Source of the DNA: Pseudomonadota bacterium
GTDB lineage: Bacteria; Bdellovibrionota_B; Oligoflexia; Oligoflexales; CAIYRB01
NCBI GenBank assembly: GCA_031416315.1
Contig: JANOTL010000208.1
Coordinates: 1 to 63,138 of the forward strand
DNA: 63,138 bases
Direction of reading: 5' to 3'
Each line of letters opens with the position of its first letter. Position 1 is the stretch's first letter. Both the position numbers and the translations under genes were made by a program. Below the pieces are notes generated by a model. The model saw only the letters and a list, made by a program, of their open reading frames with translations, did not search any database and was not told where the DNA came from. Below, in pieces: positions 40,411-48,719 of this stretch.

Positions 40411-40428
40411 CATTCGTCGAGCGCGGAC

Positions 40429-42006
40429 TCAGCCGCGGCACTTGACCCCGAGCTGATCCATGCAGCCGTCGAGCCAGCGCCCGCCGTAAGTGCACTGCAC
40501 TTTCGAGTCGTTGATGCACTGCGTCTGGCCTTCGCCGCTGACGCCCCAGGTGCCGTTGCCGTCCTTGTGGCAGCCGCCGTAATAGAAGGCGGTCTTCAGG
40601 TCGCTGTAGACCTTGTCGCCGCCAGATTTGCCGCTTTCGTAGCAAGCGTCGGCCTTGCGCTGCTCATCCATGCGCTCCGCCTCGCGCTTGCTGACTTGCG
40701 CTTCGATGACCTTGTCGATCGCGCTCTTCAGCTGGTCGCGGATGCCTTCGAACTGCGAGGACAGGTCGGTTTTCGCCCACGTGACGAGGAAGGCGTAGCA
40801 CTGGTCGAACATGAGGTTCTTGCTCAGGCCCGAGCAAGAAACGGCCTCGCTGGAGCGGGTCGAGTCGATCGACCAGTTCAGGTCGCCGCCGACCCGCAGC
40901 GCAGCGTGCGCGTCGACGCCGTTTCCGAAGACCTTGAACGAGCCGCCGACGCCGCCGGCGACCGACGCGCTCGCTCCGTACATCTGGCGGACGCGGACTT
41001 CGCAGACGAACTTCGAGTCAGGGCGGCAGAAGCCGGACTCGGTGAGGATGCTATCGCCCGCGTTCATCTGTTTCATCACGATCGAGCCGCCCAGCGTGCC
41101 GCGCACCGCAACTTGGGCATCGGCGTAAACACCGGCGTTCATCGTCGCGCTGCCTTCGACCTGGGCAAAGGCTGAGATCGCCTTCTCGTCGATTTTGAGG
41201 TCCGAGCCTGCAATGCGCTGGCCCTTCTCCTCGCCGGCGAAAGCGGCGCCCTTCTTCGTGACGCAGTTCTGGACGCGGCAGTCTTTGAAGTTGTGCTCGC
41301 CCATCTTCGCGCAGAACGCGTTTCCGGCTTCCGTGGCGCCGTAGGTGCCCAAGCAGACGAGCGGCTCGTTGCCGGCTTGCCCGAGAGCGTTCTTGTAGGA
41401 GACGTCGCAGCGCGTGCAATCCACGGTCGAGCTGAACGTACACGGCGCGTCGCAGTAAGAGTAGAGCTGCGGGACGGTGCGCTTGTCGTATCCGCCTTCG
41501 CGGCAATCGCGACGCGCTTCCGCGTTGTAGGCCGTCACGATGCCGTTGGTCTTCGTGAGGGTCGAGAAGAACTCGACGCACTTGTCGTAGAGGACTTCGT
41601 TCTGGAACTCGGTCTTATAGAGGTCGAAGCACTTGTTCTGGTTGTCGGCGAATTTCGGGTGCTTGATCAGCGCGTCGGGGAGGCCGAGCGCGATCTCTTC
41701 GAGCTTCGACGGCGGCGCGTCGGTGGTCGGCGTCGGGTCGGCGAGGCGCAGTCCGTTGCCTTCGGTCGGAGCCGCGGCGAAGGGGTCTGGCTCGAGGCTC
41801 TTCTCGGTGCGGAAGGCCTTCCACGCGTCGAGGTAGGCCGTCTTGAGCTCGCCGAGCTTCTGCGACTGGTACTTGTAGTCAGTGAACATGCTCTTGCAGT
41901 CGACGCCGTCGAAACCGCTTTTCACGACGGCGACGGGTGCTGGCTCCTTCTTGCAAGCGGAGAGCGCGAGCAGGAGGCCGATGCCTAGGGGAAGAAGACG
42001 TTTCAT
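40429..42006 (-). CDS. Cys-rich lipoprotein of unknown function
   Basis: MKR..LSAC lipobox; many Cys; Gly/Ala/Val-rich beta segments. Confidence 0.8.
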   Translation of the reverse strand: MKRLLPLGIGLLLALSACKKEPAPVAVVKSGFDGVDCKSMFTDYKYQSQKLGELKTAYLDAWKAFRTEKSLEPDPFAAAPTEGNGLRLADPTPTTDAPPSKLEEIALGLPDALIKHPKFADNQNKCFDLYKTEFQNEVLYDKCVEFFSTLTKTNGIVTAYNAEARRDCREGGYDKRTVPQLYSYCDAPCTFSSTVDCTRCDVSYKNALGQAGNEPLVCLGTYGATEAGNAFCAKMGEHNFKDCRVQNCVTKKGAAFAGEEKGQRIAGSDLKIDEKAISAFAQVEGSATMNAGVYADAQVAVRGTLGGSIVMKQMNAGDSILTESGFCRPDSKFVCEVRVRQMYGASASVAGGVGGSFKVFGNGVDAHAALRVGGDLNWSIDSTRSSEAVSCSGLSKNLMFDQCYAFLVTWAKTDLSSQFEGIRDQLKSAIDKVIEAQVSKREAERMDEQRKADACYESGKSGGDKVYSDLKTAFYYGGCHKDGNGTWGVSGEGQTQCINDSKVQCTYGGRWLDGCMDQLGVKCRG

Positions 42007-42056
42007 CGGAATTTCCTCGCAGTATGGGATCTAGGGGGTCACGGATGCTTTGGATT

Positions 42057-43472
42057 TCACTCTTTCGGCGGCAGCCACTTGCCGTGCAGACCGTCCTTCG
42101 GGCCGCCGCTGAACGCCTCGTAAGTCCAGCCGGCCTTTTTCAGCTCGGTGATCTCGTGCGCCGTCACTGACGGACGCATCGAGCCGTCCGGCTTGGCGCC
42201 GAGCTGCGTCGCGTCGAGGCCTGGATCGGAGGCCATGAAGATCGGCTCACCGCGATGCAGGAGCCCCTGCAGATAGACCATGTTCTTCGCGGGATTCCAG
42301 CCCGCCGGCGCTTCCTTGTTGTTGCCGACGAGCGCGGTGAACTTGTCGAACTTCGGATCCGAGGCCTCGATGTCGGCTTGGCGGCCGAGCACTCCTGGCT
42401 TCGAGCCGTCGCGCCCGAACTGGTAGAACGTGTGTGCCTCGGCCTGCGCTTTGGTGTCGGTGCCGAAAAGGTGCGCGGTCGCCGCGTCGAAGTCGGCTTT
42501 CGGCGCCTTCGCGGGCAAAGGCTTGAACGCGAGCGAGCCGACCGGGACGGTCGTGCCGGTGCCGGAGTTGCCTTCCTTGTATTGCGTCGTCAGCTTGGCA
42601 AAGACCTGATGGTATGGCGGCGCCGGCGGCGTCTTGCCGCCGAGTCCCGGCGTCGCGCCGTTCGTCGCGGGCTTCGTGCCGAGGCCCGAGGTCGAGCTCG
42701 GCGGCTTGGTGCCGAGGCCGCTCGCCGGCTTCGTCCCGGTGCCGCCGGGCGTGGGACCGGCGCCGTCGTTGTCCTTGGCACCGCCGAGTCCCGGCGTCGT
42801 TCCGGGCTTGGTGCCGAGTCCGGGCGTCGTTCCCGGCTTCGTGCCGCCGAGGCCGGACATGCCGCTGGTGCCGGGCTTGGTCACGCCGCCGAGGCCGGGT
42901 GCCCCGCCGGTGTTCCCCGGCTTGACGCCACCGCTCGGCGGGGGGGCTTTGGGGTCCGCGAGTCCGAGCCCATCGCCGGTCGAAAGGACGAGATCTTGCT
43001 CCGAAGCTGCGACGGAGGTCGTCTCGGGCTCGGACGTCGTCGTAGACGCGTCCAGCGGAACGCAGGCTACGAAGCGCTCGAGCTCCGTGAGCACGCGGCC
43101 GCGCTCCGGCACGAGCGACGGAACGGAGCTCCCTTCGTTGAGGCGAAGCGCTACGACCTCGTCCGGAGGCGGAACGTCGCCGCTCGCGCCTCTGGTCCCG
43201 CTCGCCAACGCGTCGCGCGTCGCAGCGTCGCGGTTTGCCAGCGCGACGATCTCGGCGGCCTCTGCCGCCGCGATCGGAGCTGCGGCGCGATCCAGCTGGC
43301 TCGTGGCTTCGGAGAGTCTCGCCGAGAGATCGTTGCGCTCGGTGTCCGTACAGACTGTTGCCGGCGGTACGTCGGCATCACGAAGTCTTGCGGTTGGCGG
43401 CTCCGACTTGCACGACGCGAGCGTCGACAACAAGATCGTCGCGACGAACGCCAAACGATAGCGATGGTTCAT
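42057..43472 (-). CDS. Lipoprotein with Gly/Pro/Thr repeats and a putative toxin-like C-terminal domain
   Basis: LASC lipobox; repeat linker; WNPAKN..YLQG..HRG..I...EI..L.K.GW. The CDS call is firmer than the function. Confidence 0.75.
   Translation of the reverse strand: MNHRYRLAFVATILLSTLASCKSEPPTARLRDADVPPATVCTDTERNDLSARLSEATSQLDRAAAPIAAAEAAEIVALANRDAATRDALASGTRGASGDVPPPDEVVALRLNEGSSVPSLVPERGRVLTELERFVACVPLDASTTTSEPETTSVAASEQDLVLSTGDGLGLADPKAPPPSGGVKPGNTGGAPGLGGVTKPGTSGMSGLGGTKPGTTPGLGTKPGTTPGLGGAKDNDGAGPTPGGTGTKPASGLGTKPPSSTSGLGTKPATNGATPGLGGKTPPAPPYHQVFAKLTTQYKEGNSGTGTTVPVGSLAFKPLPAKAPKADFDAATAHLFGTDTKAQAEAHTFYQFGRDGSKPGVLGRQADIEASDPKFDKFTALVGNNKEAPAGWNPAKNMVYLQGLLHRGEPIFMASDPGLDATQLGAKPDGSMRPSVTAHEITELKKAGWTYEAFSGGPKDGLHGKWLPPKE
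42630..42930 (-). repeat. Imperfect coding repeats (TKP..TPGLG)
   Basis: Near-exact 30-bp tandem units around 42781-42845; PGLG/SGLG units recur. Confidence 0.85.
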
Positions 43473-43515
43473 GGATGACCTCGCGAACGGCGAAAAAGGG
43501 AATTTGGATGATTCC

Positions 43516-43542
43516 TTATCGGCCGAACGGCACAGACCTTGA
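43516..43542 (-). promoter_or_regulatory. sigma28-like promoter
   Basis: TCAA-N15-GCCGATAA upstream of the lipoprotein pair. Confidence 0.7.
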
Positions 43543-43734
43543 TTGCGGCGATATTCCCTTTCAGGTCTTAGGCCTGGCCGGCGCGATCGTTCGCCCTGCC
43601 GAATTCCGTGGCTATTCTTTCGACGATGACTGAGACCAAGGCACTTTCGGCCCGCAAAGCCTCGAGGTATGCCATTGAAATAATGGCTGTTTTAGACATG
43701 CGCGCCACAGCACGCCACTTGCAAAGCCGCCAGT

Positions 43735-44664
43735 ATGAAACTTTTCGCATACTCGGCTCTGGCTCTGGTGGTTCTCGGTTGCGGCTCGGCTCGACCCGAG
43801 ACCGGTGACTCCGGCGTTTACCATCTCCACTACATCACCTTCGGTCCGGGCGTGACCGGCCTCGTGTCAAAGGTGAAGAAGCCCCAGATCACGGCCTGCC
43901 TCACTGGCGTCGGCGGCGGGCAAGTCGCGGAGTGGGACGACAAGATCTCGCGCGCGATCCTGAAGTGGGTCGACGTCCTGCGCCCGATGACTTCGGCGAA
44001 ACTCGCCTCGAGCGTCCTGGTGAGCACGAGCGGCGGCGACTGCGATACGAACGTCGTCATCCAGCCCGGCACCCACGCCAACACCTCGATCGGCCAACGC
44101 CCGACCGTCCGCATGGACCACAGCGGCTACTTCGCGAGCTTTAACGTGCTCCTGCACGAGTTTGGCCACGGCTTCGCCCTGAGTGATACCTATCAGGGCG
44201 GCCAAAGCGGCAATTGCCAGCCCGGTCAGCCGCAGGCCGTCATGTGCAACACGTCCTTCGACACGCCGCAAAAAGATGACATTGCCGGCCTTGCCGAGAT
44301 CTTCAAGAACGAGTTTCCGACGGACGAGCCCGGCTCGGTCGAGCCTCCACCAGCGACGGCGCTGGATCATCAGCTCTTCGTAGCGTTGGGCCTGGGCGCC
44401 GCCGACGGCTCCCACCCGCTGAAAGTCGGCCTCTCCGGAGCCGCCGAAGTCGCGGGCGCCAAGCTTGAGATCTGCCGGGGTAGCAAAGTCGAATGCATGA
44501 GCTCAGGCTCTTGGACACCAGCGACGCGCGAGGGCGTCAAAGGTGACGCCGTGCTCTTCGGTGCGGGCACGTTGGCCCCGACGAACGGGATGAACCTCAC
44601 GATCCGCTACAGCACCGCAGGCGCCGCTGCGTATCGTACGATTTCGTTCGCGCAGCCGACCTAG
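43735..44664 (+). CDS. Lipoprotein metzincin-like zinc metalloprotease
   Basis: VLGC lipobox; HEFGHGFALSD; AVM Met-turn; DDIAGL. Confidence 0.8.
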   Translation: MKLFAYSALALVVLGCGSARPETGDSGVYHLHYITFGPGVTGLVSKVKKPQITACLTGVGGGQVAEWDDKISRAILKWVDVLRPMTSAKLASSVLVSTSGGDCDTNVVIQPGTHANTSIGQRPTVRMDHSGYFASFNVLLHEFGHGFALSDTYQGGQSGNCQPGQPQAVMCNTSFDTPQKDDIAGLAEIFKNEFPTDEPGSVEPPPATALDHQLFVALGLGAADGSHPLKVGLSGAAEVAGAKLEICRGSKVECMSSGSWTPATREGVKGDAVLFGAGTLAPTNGMNLTIRYSTAGAAAYRTISFAQPT

Positions 44665-44667
44665 GCA

Positions 44668-45897
44668 TTAGCGGGCGTAGCGCTCTTTTAGCTCGAGAAT
44701 CCGGCGCACCGACTGGTCGATCCGCTCCGTCGAGATCTTCTTCGTGCGCACGGCGTCCTCGAGCGCGCGCACCATCGCGAGCTGCTTCGCCGGGTCCCAG
44801 ACCGCGATCAACATGTCGCAGCCAGCCTGAACGGCGCGCACGGCGATCTCGGCCGGCGTGTACTTGATCGACAATGCTTTCATCTTCACGTCGTCGGTCA
44901 TGATCACGCCCTGATAACCCAGGGTCTCGCGGAGCACGCGAACGATGCGCGGAGAGATCGAGGCCGGCAGCTCCTTGTCGAGCGCGGGCACCAGGACGTG
45001 CCCGACCATCACGGCGCCCATGTCGTCGCGCAGCCCGGCGAACGGCAGAAACTCGTGCTTCCGGAGCTGCGCCAGCGTGCGATTGAGCACGGGAAGCGCT
45101 TGGTGCGAGTCCGTTCGCGTCAGGGAAAGATTCGGGAAGTGCTTGCCTGTCGAAGCGACGCCGCCTTTCTCCATCGCCCGAATGAAGTCGCGCGTGATCT
45201 TGGTCACCGCTTTCGGATCGTTGCCGAAGGAGCGGTCGTAGATAAAAGAGTGCCGATCGTTGGTCAGATCGAGCACCGGGGCGAGGTTCATGTTGAAGCC
45301 CAAGCGCTTCATCGTCGCGGCGATCTTCGTGCTCGCCGTGGTCACCAGCTTCCGCGCGCGCTTCGGGTCGAAGTCGTAGACCTTGCCGAGCGTGCGTGCG
45401 CCGTGGCGCGTCAGCCCGAGATTGGTCATCGGGCCGAGGCGGTCCACCTTGCCGCCCTCCTGGTCGAGCGCGGTGAGGAGTGGCACGCCGGTCCGCACCA
45501 GCGCATTCGCCTGCAGATCTTTGAGGAAGGCGCCCGCCTGATCCTCGTTCGTCAGGTTCCGCTCGAAGAAGATGACGTTGCCGAAGGCGCCATCTGCCAT
45601 GATCTTCGCGAACTCGGCCGTGAGGTGCGTGCCCTTCGCGTCGATCATCATCATCTGCCCGATCTTCTCGCGCAGGGTCATCGTCGCGAGGTGGCTCCTG
45701 ACCCAGCCGCTGGGCGCATCACGCTCGTCTTCGTCGTCGTCTGCTGCGGCGTCTTCGAGAAAGAGGTCGACCGCCGCCGCGGCGCCGGCCGCGGCCTGCA
45801 CGCCCGTCTCGAAGAGCTCGTCCGACGCCGACTGCGCGGCAAGTCTTGCCGGCGCGAGCAGCGCGAGAACGAAAACTCCTTTGAGAACACGGACCAT
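44668..45897 (-). CDS. Secreted GH3 beta-N-acetylhexosaminidase (NagZ-like)
   Basis: DQEGG.V.R, APVLD, RSFG, KHFP, DSH, MTDD. Confidence 0.9.
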   Translation of the reverse strand: MVRVLKGVFVLALLAPARLAAQSASDELFETGVQAAAGAAAAVDLFLEDAAADDDEDERDAPSGWVRSHLATMTLREKIGQMMMIDAKGTHLTAEFAKIMADGAFGNVIFFERNLTNEDQAGAFLKDLQANALVRTGVPLLTALDQEGGKVDRLGPMTNLGLTRHGARTLGKVYDFDPKRARKLVTTASTKIAATMKRLGFNMNLAPVLDLTNDRHSFIYDRSFGNDPKAVTKITRDFIRAMEKGGVASTGKHFPNLSLTRTDSHQALPVLNRTLAQLRKHEFLPFAGLRDDMGAVMVGHVLVPALDKELPASISPRIVRVLRETLGYQGVIMTDDVKMKALSIKYTPAEIAVRAVQAGCDMLIAVWDPAKQLAMVRALEDAVRTKKISTERIDQSVRRILELKERYAR

Positions 45898-45992
45898 GCC
45901 TGGGCCCTCCCCAAGCATTTTTCGGCGCTCGGGAGGGTCTCTTTGAGAACAAAATCAAAGGTGGGCTTGGCGTTTCGTGAAAAGCCGGGGCA

Positions 45993-46250
45993 TTAGTCCC
46001 AGGGCAGGGCCGGGTCCGGTCCCTCGCGGACGACGGGAAAAATCGTCCCAGCGACGCCGGCCTTCGGCTGCACCGTGATCTCGAAGCCGAGCGCGTCGAG
46101 GACCTGGCGCGTGCAGTCGAGCTGCACCGTCGTCTTGCTCTTCTCGAGTTGGTAGACGAAGTTCAAGCCGACGCCCGCGAGATCGGCGAGCTGTTGCTGC
46201 GTCAAGTTGAGCGCCTTGCGTTTTTCTCGCACGAAACGGCCGAGGTCCAT
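45993..46250 (-). CDS. XRE HTH protein, Y4mF/HipB-like
   Basis: FVREKRK.L.LTQ..LA.LAGVGL.FV..LE..K.T..LD...QVL. Confidence 0.85.
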   Translation of the reverse strand: MDLGRFVREKRKALNLTQQQLADLAGVGLNFVYQLEKSKTTVQLDCTRQVLDALGFEITVQPKAGVAGTIFPVVREGPDPALPWD

Positions 46251-46261
46251 CGTCGTCTCTC

Positions 46262-47005
46262 CTAGCGCTTACGAAGCTTCTTGAGCACGAGGGGCAGGAT
46301 CGACAGCGCGGCCAGAAGACCGATCGCAATCCCGAGGCTGTTGCGCACCTCGTCGGGAAAATCGCTGAAGCTCATTTTGCCCTGAACGAGCGGGTCGATG
46401 AGCTTGCAGCCGGTATTTCCCAGATAAACATACGCAAAAGTGCCGGGGAGCATGCCGATCCAGGATGCCAGGACGTAGTCCTTCAGCTTGATCGGCACGA
46501 GGCCAGAGGCATAGTTCAAGCCGTTAAACGGGAAGGCTGGTACGAGGCGGGCGAAGAGCATGAAGTTGAAGCCGTTGTCCTCGACGCTCGCCTTGAACTT
46601 CGCGAACCAGGCCTGCTTGCCGAGGAAGCTCTCGACCGCGTCGCGCGCTAGGTAGCGGGCGATGAGGAAGGAGAGGACCGCGCCGGTCATCGACGAGACG
46701 GAGACCAGGGCCGTTCCCCACCACGGCCCGAAGGCGAGGCCCGCCATCAAGGTCACAATCATGCCCGGGATGAAGAGGACGCAGGCCGCCACATAGATGA
46801 AGAAGAAGATCACCGGCGCCCAGAAGCCCCAGCTGGCAAGGTTCGCCTGAATGGTCGCGCAGTCCGGAATCGTCAACGTGCGCAACGCGAGCACGAGCAC
46901 GGCGAGAACGACGACGCCGACGACGAGGCGCTGGTATTTCCCGAAACCCGATTTCGGCGGCGAGGACGGCGACTGATCCATGGGGGCAGGACTCCCGGAC
47001 GACAC
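46262..47005 (-). CDS. TVP38/TMEM64 (DedA superfamily) membrane protein
   Basis: GLAFG...G, RLVP.FPF..LNY.SGL, GMLPGT; alternative start 46981. Confidence 0.9.
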   Translation of the reverse strand: MSSGSPAPMDQSPSSPPKSGFGKYQRLVVGVVVLAVLVLALRTLTIPDCATIQANLASWGFWAPVIFFFIYVAACVLFIPGMIVTLMAGLAFGPWWGTALVSVSSMTGAVLSFLIARYLARDAVESFLGKQAWFAKFKASVEDNGFNFMLFARLVPAFPFNGLNYASGLVPIKLKDYVLASWIGMLPGTFAYVYLGNTGCKLIDPLVQGKMSFSDFPDEVRNSLGIAIGLLAALSILPLVLKKLRKR

Positions 47006-47084
47006 GGCTCGGCAACGACTCTTTGGCGATGGGAGTCATTTTCCCACAGGCCGCGAGTTTTGGCGAGGCGCCCGGGTTTTGGCG

Positions 47085-47819
47085 TCAGGGGAGGAGCGTC
47101 ACCTTTGCGCCGCCGCCTGCGCGCTCGTCGATCTCGATGCGAATGAGCCCGGCGTCACGCACGTACCAGATGAGCTTCGCGTACGGCGCGTCTTCGATCT
47201 TCAGGAGGACCTCGACGCGATGGACGGGCGTGGTGTCCCCTTCTAGAGTCACGTCCGACTCTACGACGTCGCCGCAGCGGAAGTGATCGCCCAGGGGCTT
47301 CTCCGTGGCGTCGAAGATCTGAGCTGCATGAGGGCCGACTTTGGCGTCGCCCTTGACGAACGCGATGATCTGGCTTTCGGGCTCCGCCTCGGTGGGCAGT
47401 GAGCTCAAGGTCCAGCGCTCGTCAGCGTAGGTCGCCGTGAAGCCGAGGGCCGCGAGCTTGACCGGTGCCGCGGGCAGGGCCGGCTTCATTGCGAACGGCG
47501 TCGCGCAGCTCGTGAATAGCGCCCGGCGATCGAACGCGTCCATGACGAGATCGTCGCTGGTCGCGGCTTCTTGTGCCGGAGACGTCGGCAGCTCGCCGCC
47601 GGAGGCGGCCGGCTGCGGCACGGAAGCGCTGCCGCCATGGGCGACGCTTTCGGGGGTGCCGGAGGCGTCGTTCGCGACTTTCGGCTCCTCGGCGCTCGAG
47701 GCCGACTTTTTCTTCTTGGCGGAGGTCTCGCCGCCGGCGGCGACGCCGTTGCCGATCTCGGTCCCGCAGCCTGAGACGTAGAGGATGCAACCCGTCAGGA
47801 TGATCATCGCGATTTTCAT
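47085..47819 (-). CDS. Hypothetical lipoprotein (CGTEIGNG N-terminus)
   Basis: VSGC lipobox; ATGA overlap with the upstream gene. Confidence 0.75.
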   Translation of the reverse strand: MKIAMIILTGCILYVSGCGTEIGNGVAAGGETSAKKKKSASSAEEPKVANDASGTPESVAHGGSASVPQPAASGGELPTSPAQEAATSDDLVMDAFDRRALFTSCATPFAMKPALPAAPVKLAALGFTATYADERWTLSSLPTEAEPESQIIAFVKGDAKVGPHAAQIFDATEKPLGDHFRCGDVVESDVTLEGDTTPVHRVEVLLKIEDAPYAKLIWYVRDAGLIRIEIDERAGGGAKVTLLP

Positions 47820-48649
47820 GGGCTGACCTTCTTCGTATGCGGGTACATCTGCGCGTTTACCTGGACGACCAGCTCGCCGCCCTGCTCTTCCGAGACTTGC
47901 ATCGCCCACTTGTGGAGCTCGCTGCGGAACATTTTCATCTTGTACTTCAGCTCCGCGAGCGCCGCTTCGGGCAGGACGAAGGTCAAAGCGCCATATTCGC
48001 GCTCTTCCAGCGGCAGGTTCTCGAGCGCTTCCTTCGCTTGCTCGAGCATTTGCCGGTGATAGTTGCGGATCGCGAGGCTCCGGACCTCGTCGCTGGAGAG
48101 GACCATGTTGTCCCGCGCGACGAAGCGTCCGTCGACCTTCTCAATGAAGCCCTCTTTCAGCAAGAACTGGAGGGCCTGACCGATCTCGACGACGGTCGCG
48201 CGGCCGTTGATGCGGCGCGAGATCCAGTACGGGTCGTCGCGGAACTCGACGAGCCCGACCATCTCGCGGATCACTGGGTAGAGCCAGTTGCTGACGTACT
48301 TCAGGCTCTCGGCGTTGAGGTCTCTGCGCTTGGCCTGGGGTGTCAGCTTCTGCAGCGTTGCGAAGTGCGTTTCCTTCTCGCGGTCCGACTTCGCTTGATT
48401 CATCTTTACGAGCGCGGTGAAGTACTCGGCCATCGCGCCTTTCAGTCCTAGCGCTTTCAGGAACTTCACGATGGCGTCGGCGCTGATGTTGCGCTCCCCG
48501 TCGATCACGAGCTTCAAGATGTTCGGCGACGAGAAGCCGGCGGCCTTGGAGAAGCTGCGAAAGCTATAGCCGTGCGTCCCGTCCTTGCGAAACGCATAGA
48601 AGTCGCGCAAGTAAGCTCGATAGTCGGTGTAGCCGAAAATGCTGACCAA
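47816..48649 (-). CDS. TIGR02147-family protein (HTH plus DUF4423-like)
   Basis: IF.Y.DYR.YL, SFR.F..AGF.SP, W..P.IRE, IR.YH; GGAGG before TTG at 48649. Confidence 0.85.
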   Translation of the reverse strand: MVSIFGYTDYRAYLRDFYAFRKDGTHGYSFRSFSKAAGFSSPNILKLVIDGERNISADAIVKFLKALGLKGAMAEYFTALVKMNQAKSDREKETHFATLQKLTPQAKRRDLNAESLKYVSNWLYPVIREMVGLVEFRDDPYWISRRINGRATVVEIGQALQFLLKEGFIEKVDGRFVARDNMVLSSDEVRSLAIRNYHRQMLEQAKEALENLPLEEREYGALTFVLPEAALAELKYKMKMFRSELHKWAMQVSEEQGGELVVQVNAQMYPHTKKVSP

Positions 48650-48678
48650 GACGGCGATCCTCCGAGTGACCATGCCTG

Positions 48679-48705
48679 TATTCGGAGTTTTGCCGGATTT
48701 CTTTA
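48679..48705 (-). promoter_or_regulatory. sigma28-like promoter variant
   Basis: TAAA-N15-TCCGAATA. Confidence 0.5.
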
Positions 48706-48719
48706 GTTGGTCTTGTTAA

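Noticed and set aside
42630..42930. CRISPR-like periodicity
   Set aside because: In-frame coding repeats, no unique spacers, no cas genes
43708..43723. sigma54-like CAGCACGCCACTTGCA
   Set aside because: The invariant -24 GG is missing
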